64,000 bases of DNA from an uncultured Alphaproteobacteria bacterium (lineage in GTDB: Bacteria > Pseudomonadota > Alphaproteobacteria > HIMB59 > GCA-002718135), in assembly GCA_902620425.1 (NCBI GenBank), contig CACNHX010000001.1, positions 93,471-157,470 of the forward strand, in the 5' to 3' direction. The position numbers and the translations under genes were made by a program. Numbering within the stretch: position 1 is the first letter of the stretch; every line of letters starts with the position of its first letter. Shown here piece by piece: positions 18,652-27,246 of this stretch. The notes beneath the pieces were generated by a model. It was not told the DNA's origin. It ran no database searches and saw only the letters and a list, made by a program, of their open reading frames with translations.

Positions 18652-18701
18652 TTTTTTTTTTACTTTTTTATTTATTCATTTTTTTTTTGAGTTTATAAAA
18701 A

Positions 18702-19901
18702 ATGATGTCATTGAAAATTGGTATAATTGGTGTTGGAGTAAGAGGTGCAAGTCTTTCTTTTCTTATTAATAAGTATTTCAAAAAACAATTAAAGATAGTC
18801 GCTTTGTGTGATTTAATTGAAGAAAAAAGCAACAAAGTAAAAAAAGAAATTAATGATATAAAAATAAATATTTATAAAAATGCAAAAAGTTTAGTTAATA
18901 ATGAAAAATTGGATGGCTTAATAATTACTTCTCATACAGATCAACATTACAAACATGCAAAACTTGCAGCAGAAAAAAAAATTAAATCTATTTTAGATAA
19001 GCCAATATCTGTAAGTTTAAAACATGCTAAAGAAATAGTAGAGCTTGAAAAAAGAAATAAATTTCAATTTTTAATGTCATTCACTAGAAGATATGAAGCT
19101 TCATGGATTAAAGCTTGGGATTTAATTTACAATAAAAAACTAATTGGAGATGTGTATTTAGTACAACTTAATTCTATAGTTCCCTATACAAGATATTTTC
19201 AGACTTGGCACAGATACAATAAGTATTCAGGTGGTGGCATAAATGATAAATGCTCTCATCATGTTGATGTTTTAAGATGGTTTGCAAATTCAGAAGTTTT
19301 ATCTCTTTCAAGTTTTGGAAGTAGGCATTCACATTTTACCTCAAAAAAAAATAAAAATATTAGATGCAAAGATTGTGATGAAAAATGTAGCTATCGAAGA
19401 TATGAAGCATTGGGTGATTCTAGAGAAAACTTAAAAAAATTTAAAAATAAGTATTCATCATTAAATGATGAAAGACAAATAGATGATCAATGTGTGTGGG
19501 CTGAGGGAAGTGATATTCTTTCTCATTTTTCTTGTAATATTAATTTTGAAAATGAGGTTATTGGAAATATAAATTTTTCCTGTTTTGGTCCAGCAGCTGA
19601 AGATCAAGAAACACTAGAAGTTGTTGGTATAAAAGGTAAATTAAAACTTATCAGATCAACAGGTATAATTGAAATAACATATGATAATGGAAAAAAATTT
19701 AAACGTATTGATGCGAAAGATAATTATCATAATACGTCACATTATGGTGCAGATATAAGACTACTGAAAAGTTATACAAACTATTTAAAAAAAGGGAAAT
19801 CAGAAGTTTCAGCTGAAAATGGAATTAAATCTTTAAAAATAATAGATATGATAAATAAATCGATAGTAAAAAAAGGAAAATTAATTGAAAACAAAATCTA
19901 A
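18702..19901 (+). CDS. Gfo/Idh/MocA-family oxidoreductase with a Cys-rich insertion
   Basis: 399 aa. Rossmann LKIGIIGVGVRGAS and a DKP variant of the EKP motif (ILDKPIS). It is homologous to 40540..41685 on both sides of an insertion containing RCKDCDEKC. Confidence 0.7.
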   Translation: MMSLKIGIIGVGVRGASLSFLINKYFKKQLKIVALCDLIEEKSNKVKKEINDIKINIYKNAKSLVNNEKLDGLIITSHTDQHYKHAKLAAEKKIKSILDKPISVSLKHAKEIVELEKRNKFQFLMSFTRRYEASWIKAWDLIYNKKLIGDVYLVQLNSIVPYTRYFQTWHRYNKYSGGGINDKCSHHVDVLRWFANSEVLSLSSFGSRHSHFTSKKNKNIRCKDCDEKCSYRRYEALGDSRENLKKFKNKYSSLNDERQIDDQCVWAEGSDILSHFSCNINFENEVIGNINFSCFGPAAEDQETLEVVGIKGKLKLIRSTGIIEITYDNGKKFKRIDAKDNYHNTSHYGADIRLLKSYTNYLKKGKSEVSAENGIKSLKIIDMINKSIVKKGKLIENKI

Positions 19902-21384
19902 AAAGACCGAAGTAATTCTTTTTGGCGATTTACATAATCATTGTAATATCTCTTATGCTCATGGTAGTTTAGAAAGGGCAATTGCATTTTCAAAATTATC
20001 CCTAGATTTTGTTTCAATTACAGGTCATGCTGGTTGGCCTGATATGAATACTAAAGATCCTTCAATAAAACATATCATTGATTTTCATAAAGTTGGTTTT
20101 AAAAAACTCAAAAAAAATTGGAATAAAATTTTAGAAACAATCAAAAAAGAAAAGGGAATTATTATATATCCAGGATATGAAGTGCATTCAAATAAATATG
20201 GTGATCAAACAATTGTATATAAGGATATAAAAAAACATGAACTGCTAGTTGATCAAATTGATATTTTAAAAAAGAAATTTAAAAAAAATAAAATAAAAAA
20301 TTATATTTTTATGCCGCATCATCTATCCTATAAACAAGGACGACGAGGAGTTAACTGGGATATTTTTGAAGAAGGTGTATCACCAGTTGTTGAACTATAT
20401 TCTATGCATGGCTGTTCTGAAAATGATCAAGCAGAATATCCTTTTTTGCATTCCATGGGACCTAGAAATTATGAAAATACAATTAAATTTGCTTTAGAGA
20501 AAAAAATTAAACTAGGATTTATCGCTAATACCGATCATCATAGTGCTTCTCCGGGAAGTTACGGTCATGGAAGGTTTGGGGTTTTAGTTAAATCTAAGAA
20601 TAGAAACTCAATATTTAAATCAATAAATGAAAGAAGAACTTTTGCATTAACCGGAGATAAAATTATTCCACATGTATATTTAAATAAAAAAACTATAGGT
20701 TCTAATGTTAAGACTCAAAAAAATAATTTACTAGATATAAATGTAGAAGGTAGATTTCCAATAGAATACATCGATATAATAAAAAATACAAATTTATTTA
20801 AAAGATTAAATTGTAAAGATCAAAAAAATATTAAAAATGAAAAAAATATATCAATTATAAATATAGATTTTGGTTGGGGAGAAAGAAATAAAGAATTTCT
20901 TTGGAAAGGAGAAATTCAATTTAAAAATATTGATATAATTACAATTGAAAATAAATTTAGAGGACCAGAAATCGTTTCTCCTTTAGATAAAAAAAGTAAG
21001 TATTCTTTTTTCATTCCAGAAGTAAAGAAATTTAAAAATAAAATTAAATTTAAATTTTTAACATCTGGAAATAGTAATAATTATACTAATGAAACAAGCG
21101 GATTTACAATTTTAGCAAAATTAAAAAAAAATTCAAAAATAACAACCATAACAAATAATAAAAAATTTGAAATTTTAACAAAAGATTTATCCAAAGGATC
21201 AGTTTCTTTTAATTTAGGAGAAATAGATACGCCAGCAATTTTATTTAACAAAATTCCTAATTTCAAAGAATGGAATTTTCAAAAAAAAATTACACTACCA
21301 TTAAAAAAAGATGATAATGTTTATATAAAAATAAAGCAAAAAAATAATCAAATATGTTGGACCTCACCCTTTTTTATTAGATGA
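19885..21384 (+). CDS. PHP/DUF3604-like metal-dependent hydrolase domain protein with an uncharacterised C-terminal half
   Basis: 499 aa. His-rich motifs FGDLHNHCNISYAHGS, ITGHAGW, MPHHLSY and NTDHHSASPGSYGHG. TTG start at 19885 (no in-frame ATG nearby) overlaps the upstream gene by 17 nt. No signal peptide. Confidence 0.45.
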   Translation: MKTKSKKTEVILFGDLHNHCNISYAHGSLERAIAFSKLSLDFVSITGHAGWPDMNTKDPSIKHIIDFHKVGFKKLKKNWNKILETIKKEKGIIIYPGYEVHSNKYGDQTIVYKDIKKHELLVDQIDILKKKFKKNKIKNYIFMPHHLSYKQGRRGVNWDIFEEGVSPVVELYSMHGCSENDQAEYPFLHSMGPRNYENTIKFALEKKIKLGFIANTDHHSASPGSYGHGRFGVLVKSKNRNSIFKSINERRTFALTGDKIIPHVYLNKKTIGSNVKTQKNNLLDINVEGRFPIEYIDIIKNTNLFKRLNCKDQKNIKNEKNISIINIDFGWGERNKEFLWKGEIQFKNIDIITIENKFRGPEIVSPLDKKSKYSFFIPEVKKFKNKIKFKFLTSGNSNNYTNETSGFTILAKLKKNSKITTITNNKKFEILTKDLSKGSVSFNLGEIDTPAILFNKIPNFKEWNFQKKITLPLKKDDNVYIKIKQKNNQICWTSPFFIR

Positions 21385-22685
21385 AGAACATAAATATAGT
21401 TTTAATACATACACATGATACTGGAAGATATATTTCTCCATATGGATACAACGCTAAAACAAATAATATTCAAAGAATAGCAAATAAGGGTAGCGTATAT
21501 AGAAATTTTTTTACTGCTGCACCCACTTGCTCACCAAGCAGAAGTTCGTTAATGACAGGTTTATATCCTCATCAAAATGGGATGTATGGTTTGGCTCATA
21601 GAGGTAGTAAATTACATGATTACAGTCTACACTTATCAAATTATTTAAAAAATATAGATTTTGAAACAGCTTTATTTGGTATTCAACATGAAATAGATAA
21701 AAAAAAAGTAAATGAACTTGGATATAATAAAACATTTTGTACAACTACAACTGACTCAATCAAGATATCTTCAACTGCTTCAAAGTGGATTAAAAAATAT
21801 AACTCTAAAAAGCCATTTTTTATTTCAATAGGATATTTTGATACTCACAGGGAGTATGTAAAAAAAATATCTGAAAATTTTAATCCTAATTGGATTAGAC
21901 CGCCTGAACTTTTTTTAGATAATAAACAAATGAGAGAAGATATGGCAAAATTTTATTCTTCTTTAGAGAAAATAGATAAAGGTATAGGAAAAATATATGA
22001 TACTCTCAAAGAAAAGAGAAAGTTAAATAATACACTAATACTTTTAACGACCGATCATGGTATTGCTTGGCCAGGAATGAAATGTAATTTAAACGATCAT
22101 GGAACTGGAATATTTCTTATAGCATATCTTAAAAATGTATTTGAAGGCGGTGTTGTCTATGATGATTTAACTTCTAATATAGATATTTTTCCAACAATAT
22201 GTAAAATTTTAGAAATTAAAAAACCAAAATATTTAAACCCATACATTCTACCTAATAAAAAATATAAAACAAAAAAAAGAAAATATGTTTATTCTGAAGT
22301 TAATATTCATACATCAGTAGAGCCTTGTAGAAGTATAAGATCAAAAAGATTTAGATTATTAAAAAGATTAAATAATAGGAAAAAACTAAATCTGTCTAAT
22401 ATTGATGAAAGTGTATCCAAAAGTTTTTTATTAAAACATGGTTTGAAAAAAATGAGAAAAAATAAAGAGGAATTTTTTGATTTATTTCTAGATCCATTGG
22501 AAAGAAACCCAATTAAAGATTATAAAAAATTAAAAAGCTATAAAGAACTGAATAAAAATCTAAAAAAATTTATGGAAAACACAAATGATCCATTATTAAA
22601 AAAGAATTTTAAATGGCCAAAAGAAATTCAATTAACACCAGAAAACGCAGAAAACCCGGAAATTATTATAAACTGTCAGGATTAA
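21381..22685 (+). CDS. Cys-type sulfatase (formylglycine-dependent), cytoplasmic
   Basis: 434 aa. FGly motif CSPSRSSLMTG (Cys codon at 21528-21530) and TTDHG. ATGA overlap with the upstream gene. No signal peptide. Confidence 0.85.
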   Translation: MKNINIVLIHTHDTGRYISPYGYNAKTNNIQRIANKGSVYRNFFTAAPTCSPSRSSLMTGLYPHQNGMYGLAHRGSKLHDYSLHLSNYLKNIDFETALFGIQHEIDKKKVNELGYNKTFCTTTTDSIKISSTASKWIKKYNSKKPFFISIGYFDTHREYVKKISENFNPNWIRPPELFLDNKQMREDMAKFYSSLEKIDKGIGKIYDTLKEKRKLNNTLILLTTDHGIAWPGMKCNLNDHGTGIFLIAYLKNVFEGGVVYDDLTSNIDIFPTICKILEIKKPKYLNPYILPNKKYKTKKRKYVYSEVNIHTSVEPCRSIRSKRFRLLKRLNNRKKLNLSNIDESVSKSFLLKHGLKKMRKNKEEFFDLFLDPLERNPIKDYKKLKSYKELNKNLKKFMENTNDPLLKKNFKWPKEIQLTPENAENPEIIINCQD

Positions 22686-22788
22686 ATAGTAATATTTGTT
22701 AAATTTTAATAATTATTTCTTGATTATTTTTTGTTTCGAAATTACCGTTTTTTTATATTTGAAATATCAAATTTAGGAGGAAAACATT

Positions 22789-24045
22789 ATGAAAAATATA
22801 GTATTATCCTTATTTGCTTCGTTAGCTTTTCTTTTTTCATTAAACGCTACTGCGATTGAATTAAACTTCGCTCAAGGTGGTGGTTCGCAAGGACAAATGA
22901 CAATGGAGTTAACAGCTGAATGGGAAAAAAAGACAGGACATAAAGTTAATTTTTTAGAAATGCCTGCTAGTACTTCTGATCAATATGTACAATATAAAAC
23001 TTGGTTATCAGCACAAAATAGTGATGTTGATATATATAAGGTTGATAATGTATGGGCTGGAGAGTTTGGTACACAGCTAATTGATCTAAAACCATATTTA
23101 GATGAACAATTAGAAATAATGCCTAATGTTCTTTCAGCATACACTACAGCTAAGGGTGAAATAATTGGTTTACCTTATAGTGTAGGTATACCAATGTTAT
23201 ACTACAGAACTGATCTGTTAGAAAAATATAATAGAGATGTTCCTGAAACTTGGGATGAAATGACTGAAACAGCTCAATTTATTCAAGATAAAGAAAGAGC
23301 TGCTGGAAATGACAAAATGTGGGGTTTTGTATGGCAAGGTAATGCCTATGAAGGTCTAACATGTGATGCATTAGAGTGGGTTGCGAGTCATGGCGGTGGA
23401 ATGATTGTTGAGAAAGATGGAACAATCTCTATTAACAATCCTAACGCTGCTGCAGCTTTAGATATGGCTGCTAAATGGGTAGGAACAATTTCTCCAGAAG
23501 GTGTTATTGGTTATAAAGAAGAAGATGCAAGAGGTATCTGGGACCAAGGTAATGCTGTTTTCATGAGAAATTGGCCTTATGCATGGAGCTTAAGTAACAA
23601 AGATGAGTCATCTGTAAAAGGTAAATTTGATGTTGTCCAACTACCTAGAGGACCAAATGGTAAATCTACAAGTACTATGGGTGGCTGGGGTTATGCAGTG
23701 TCAAAATATTCTGAAAAACAAGAAGTTGCTATTGATCTTGTTAAATTTCTATCAAATAGAGATGCGCAGCATGCAACTATTGCAGAATATTCAATGCCTC
23801 CAGTATATATAGAGATTTATGACAACAAAGAGCATGCTGAAACGTATACTCTTTTACCTCTTCTAAAGGGTCCGTCTCAAGCTCTATTACCTAGACCATC
23901 AGCACAAACTTCAGGTAAATGGCCTCAAGTAACAGTAGCATTTTATACTGCTGCACATGAAGTTATTACTGGTAAAAAAGATGGTACTACAGCTGTTGCT
24001 GAGCTAGAAAAAGCTTTGAAAAAAATTAAAGGCAAAGGCTGGTAG
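22789..24045 (+). CDS. Family-1 extracellular solute-binding protein (CUT1; ThuE/trehalose-maltose-like)
   Basis: 418 aa. Signal peptide MKNIVLSLFASLAFLFSLNATA. AGGAGG SD at 22775-22780. Confidence 0.8.
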   Translation: MKNIVLSLFASLAFLFSLNATAIELNFAQGGGSQGQMTMELTAEWEKKTGHKVNFLEMPASTSDQYVQYKTWLSAQNSDVDIYKVDNVWAGEFGTQLIDLKPYLDEQLEIMPNVLSAYTTAKGEIIGLPYSVGIPMLYYRTDLLEKYNRDVPETWDEMTETAQFIQDKERAAGNDKMWGFVWQGNAYEGLTCDALEWVASHGGGMIVEKDGTISINNPNAAAALDMAAKWVGTISPEGVIGYKEEDARGIWDQGNAVFMRNWPYAWSLSNKDESSVKGKFDVVQLPRGPNGKSTSTMGGWGYAVSKYSEKQEVAIDLVKFLSNRDAQHATIAEYSMPPVYIEIYDNKEHAETYTLLPLLKGPSQALLPRPSAQTSGKWPQVTVAFYTAAHEVITGKKDGTTAVAELEKALKKIKGKGW

Positions 24046-24064
24046 TAATTATATATAAAAAAAT

Positions 24065-24091
24065 AAGGGGATTTTATATCCCCTTTTTTTT
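24065..24091 (+). terminator. Rho-independent terminator/attenuator between the SBP and permease genes
   Basis: Stem aagggga (24065-24071) paired with tcccctt (24079-24085), a 7-nt loop, then a T-run to 24091. The next ATG is at 24103. Confidence 0.7.
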
Positions 24092-24102
24092 AATTTTGAA
24101 GT

Positions 24103-25017
24103 ATGAAATCAGTTAGTCAATTAAGAAAAAGAACAGCATTAATTTTTTTAATACCTGTAACAATAGTATTATTATCTTCTGCTTTATATCCATTAATTAG
24201 TACGCTTTATTTAAGCCTTACTGATGCAGAGTTAGAAAATTTTCTAGATCCAAATTATGTTGGCTTCATAAACTATTTAGAAAACTATGAGGGTATGTGG
24301 TACGGGGTTCTCGCAGACAGTTTATTTTGGAACTCTGTAAGAAACACAATAGTTTTCAGTGTTTTTTCAGTAAGTCTAGAAGTTATTTTAGGAATTAGCT
24401 TTGCACTTATTATGCTAATTGAAAATAAATTAAAATGGTTTGTTAGAGCGGCAGTTTTAATACCGTGGGCAATACCAACAATAGTTAGTGCAAGAATGTT
24501 TGAATGGATGTTGCAAGATCAGTTTGGTATATTTAATTATATTCTTATTGGAATGGGCATTATTGAACAGGGTAAAGCTTGGACAACTGATCCCCAAACA
24601 TCCATGATTGTTATTATCATTATTGATGCATGGAAAACATCTCCATTTGTTGCAATTTTAGTTTATGCTGGACTAAAAGCACTTCCAAACGAAGTATTAG
24701 AGGCAGGAAAAGTTGACGGAACTAATGGCATTACACAATTTTACTATATAATTTTTCCTTTAATACTTCCTGCTATTGCAGTTGCTATAGTATTTAGAGG
24801 ACTGGATGCATTACGAGTATTTGATTTAATCTACTTAATTAATGCTGGCAGCAAAGATATTATGTCAATGACAGTATACGCAAGAAGAGAAATGTTTGAA
24901 TATTCTCATTTTGGATTTGGTGCAGCCGCCTCTACTATGTTGACACTAATTATAGGCGTAATAGCAGTTATATTTATACAAAGAACAAGATTACATAAAT
25001 TGGATGAAATGGAATAA
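24103..25017 (+). CDS. CUT1 sugar ABC permease (MalF/ThuF-type)
   Basis: 304 aa. EAA loop VLEAGKVDGTNGITQFYYIIFP. Confidence 0.85.
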   Translation: MKSVSQLRKRTALIFLIPVTIVLLSSALYPLISTLYLSLTDAELENFLDPNYVGFINYLENYEGMWYGVLADSLFWNSVRNTIVFSVFSVSLEVILGISFALIMLIENKLKWFVRAAVLIPWAIPTIVSARMFEWMLQDQFGIFNYILIGMGIIEQGKAWTTDPQTSMIVIIIIDAWKTSPFVAILVYAGLKALPNEVLEAGKVDGTNGITQFYYIIFPLILPAIAVAIVFRGLDALRVFDLIYLINAGSKDIMSMTVYARREMFEYSHFGFGAAASTMLTLIIGVIAVIFIQRTRLHKLDEME

Positions 25018-25880
25018 TGAATAAAGTTTACGATAAAATATTTAAATACAGTCTTCAAATAATAGTAATTATATTTTGTGTTTTTCCATTTTATTACTCT
25101 GTAATGACATCATTAGAGGGAAGTTCAGCAGTTTTTGAACCAAATTTCTTCCCTACAGAAATAAATCCAAAAAATTATAATTATCTTTTATTTGAGCATA
25201 ATTTCCCTCAGACAATTCTAAATTCATTATTTGTTGCAACTGTTACTGTTTCAATCTCAATTACAATTTCTTATTTTGCTGCTTGGTCATTAAGTAGGGT
25301 AAATTTTAAAGGCAGAAGCATGTTTTTATTTGTAATTCTAGCTATTTCAATGTTTCCACAAATAGCTGTTCTAACAGGCATGTATCAGTTATTTTTAAAT
25401 TTTAAAGATTTCTATTTTAATATTTTTGATCTAAGAGTTAAGGGTGTGACTTCTCTGTTATGGTTATGTTTTACATATACTATGTTTAATATACCTTTTA
25501 CAGTATGGGTGTTAACTACTTTTATGAAAGGAGTCCCTAAGGAAATTGAAGAGGCAGCTATTGTAGATGGTGCATCTTCGTTTCTTATATTAAGAAAAAT
25601 ATTTCTCCCAATTATGACCCCAGCGATCTTTACTACAGCAATTATGGCAATGATTGCAGTGTGGAATGAATTTCTTTTTGCCCTTACCTTTACCGCTACA
25701 AATAGTGATAGAACTATTACTGTCGGTATAGCTCTTATCAATGGAACTATAGAGTATGAGGTGCCATGGGGAAGTATTATGGCTGCTTCGGTTATAGTTA
25801 CGGTTCCTTTGGTAATAATTACCCTTCTTTTACAAGGTAGAATTATGTCTGGATTAACAGCTGGTAGTATAAAAGGTTAA
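25017..25880 (+). CDS. CUT1 sugar ABC permease (MalG/ThuG-type)
   Basis: 287 aa. EAA loop EIEEAAIVDGASSFLILRKIFLP and C-terminus GLTAGSIKG. TAATG overlap with the upstream gene. Confidence 0.85.
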   Translation: MNKVYDKIFKYSLQIIVIIFCVFPFYYSVMTSLEGSSAVFEPNFFPTEINPKNYNYLLFEHNFPQTILNSLFVATVTVSISITISYFAAWSLSRVNFKGRSMFLFVILAISMFPQIAVLTGMYQLFLNFKDFYFNIFDLRVKGVTSLLWLCFTYTMFNIPFTVWVLTTFMKGVPKEIEEAAIVDGASSFLILRKIFLPIMTPAIFTTAIMAMIAVWNEFLFALTFTATNSDRTITVGIALINGTIEYEVPWGSIMAASVIVTVPLVIITLLLQGRIMSGLTAGSIKG

Positions 25881-25971
25881 ATTTTTTATAGATTTAAAAT
25901 TTAATTTATTCTAAGATATATTAAGATTATAGTGATCTTAGCACTTGAAAAATCGCTCAAAGGAGGATGAA

Positions 25972-27051
25972 GTGGCAGATATAAATATAAATACTGTAAA
26001 TAAATATTTTGGAGACGTCCATGTAATCAAAGACGTATCTCTAGACATCAAAAGTCAATCGTTCACAGTTCTAGTCGGACCTAGTGGTTGTGGTAAATCA
26101 ACTATGTTAAGAATGATAGCAGGACTTGAAGATATAAATTCAGGTACAATTTCAATTGATGGTCAGGTAGTTAATGATTTACCACCAAAGCAAAGAAATA
26201 TTGCAATGGTGTTTCAATCTTATGCATTATACCCTCATATGACTGTATTTGATAATATGGCTTTTGGTTTAAAATTAGAAAAAAGATCAAAAGATGAGAT
26301 TAATGAAAGAGTTAATGAGGCAGCAAGAATTCTTCAAATAGAAGATTATCTTCAGAGAAAACCAAAACAACTTTCAGGTGGTCAAAGACAACGTGTTGCT
26401 ATTGGAAGAGCAATTACAAGAAAGCCAAAAGTTTTCTTATTTGATGAACCACTTTCAAACCTTGATGCTGCATTAAGGGTTCAAATGAGAGTTGAGTTAG
26501 CAAAACTTCATAATGAACTAGAAGCAACAATGATCTACGTTACACACGATCAGACAGAAGCAATGACACTTGCTGATGATATTGTTGTACTTGATACCGG
26601 TATCGTTTCACAAAAAGGATCCCCATTAGAACTTTATGATAGACCAAATAATATGTTCGTAGGTGGATTTATTGGTTCACCAAAAATGAACTTTATTTCA
26701 AGTAAGATATTAAGCAAAAGTTCTGATGCTACAGAAGTTGATATTATGGGAATGTCAAAAATATCAGTCTCTAAAATGTCAGCATCCTCCTCAGAGGGTG
26801 ATTCAGTAACTCTAGGTATTAGACCTGAACACTTAATAGTAAATGGTGATGCTGATGGATCTTGGGAGAGTAAAGTGTTTGTTGTTGAAAAACTTGGTGA
26901 CGTTACTTACCTTTACCTTGAAAAAGATGGAGAGCCATTAGTTGCTGAAACTGAAGGACATTCAGAAATTAAAGTTGGTGACACTGTAAAAGTTGGTTTT
27001 CCTGCTGGAAGATGCCAGTTATTTGACAGTTCAGGACAAGCATTTAAATAA
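25972..27051 (+). CDS. MalK/UgpC/ThuK-type sugar ABC ATP-binding protein
   Basis: Walker A GPSGCGKST, signature LSGGQRQRV, Walker B FLFDEPLSNLD, and a C-terminal regulatory/TOBE-like domain. I prefer the GTG at 25972 (AGGAGG at 25961-25966, 5-nt spacer, product MADININTVNKYFG...) over the TTG at 25945 used in the ORF track. Confidence 0.85.
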   Translation: MADININTVNKYFGDVHVIKDVSLDIKSQSFTVLVGPSGCGKSTMLRMIAGLEDINSGTISIDGQVVNDLPPKQRNIAMVFQSYALYPHMTVFDNMAFGLKLEKRSKDEINERVNEAARILQIEDYLQRKPKQLSGGQRQRVAIGRAITRKPKVFLFDEPLSNLDAALRVQMRVELAKLHNELEATMIYVTHDQTEAMTLADDIVVLDTGIVSQKGSPLELYDRPNNMFVGGFIGSPKMNFISSKILSKSSDATEVDIMGMSKISVSKMSASSSEGDSVTLGIRPEHLIVNGDADGSWESKVFVVEKLGDVTYLYLEKDGEPLVAETEGHSEIKVGDTVKVGFPAGRCQLFDSSGQAFK

Positions 27052-27066
27052 TAGAATCGTATTGAA

Positions 27067-27104
27067 TATTGCCCCTAATATAAGGGGCAATACATCCCTT
27101 TTTT
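27067..27104 (+). terminator. Rho-independent terminator after the MalK-type gene
   Basis: 10-bp stem tattgcccct (27067-27076) paired with aggggcaata (27083-27092), loop aatata, T6 run at 27099-27104. Confidence 0.75.
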
Positions 27105-27145
27105 AAAAATTTTCAATAAATATCATAAATTTAAACTAAAATAAT

Positions 27146-27214
27146 GATGGGCAGAGGGTTCATATTATTTCCTCCTATAAGAAGTATTCCTCTTATAAAA
27201 CTTTTCTGCCCACC
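27146..27214 (-). other. Structured 3' region downstream of glpD containing an orphan SD plus a 10-codon sORF
   Basis: On the minus-strand RNA there is a 10-bp outer stem (27205-27214 with 27146-27155, one G-U pair) and a 7-bp inner hairpin (27191-27197 with 27176-27182). AGGAGG (complement of 27171-27176) and an ATG (27163..27161) sit in the loop. A U-rich tail follows. Confidence 0.4.
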
Positions 27215-27246
27215 AAATTTGAAAAGTTATTTAAGAGGGATACCAA

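Noticed and set aside
18652-18688. Two T10 homopolymer tracts (18652-18661 and 18679-18688) between desaturase paralog 2 and the sulfatase operon, considered as slipped-strand phase-variation sites.
   Set aside because: They are intergenic, the genome is rich in A/T runs generally, and there is no evidence of length polymorphism from a single sequence. They may simply form part of a T-rich terminator or UP-like region.
25945-25971. TTG-initiated N-terminal extension (MKNRSKEDE) of the MalK-type ATPase in the ORF track.
   Set aside because: A perfect AGGAGG sits inside this extension, 5 nt before an in-frame GTG. That start gives the canonical MalK N-terminus, so the extension is probably untranslated leader.
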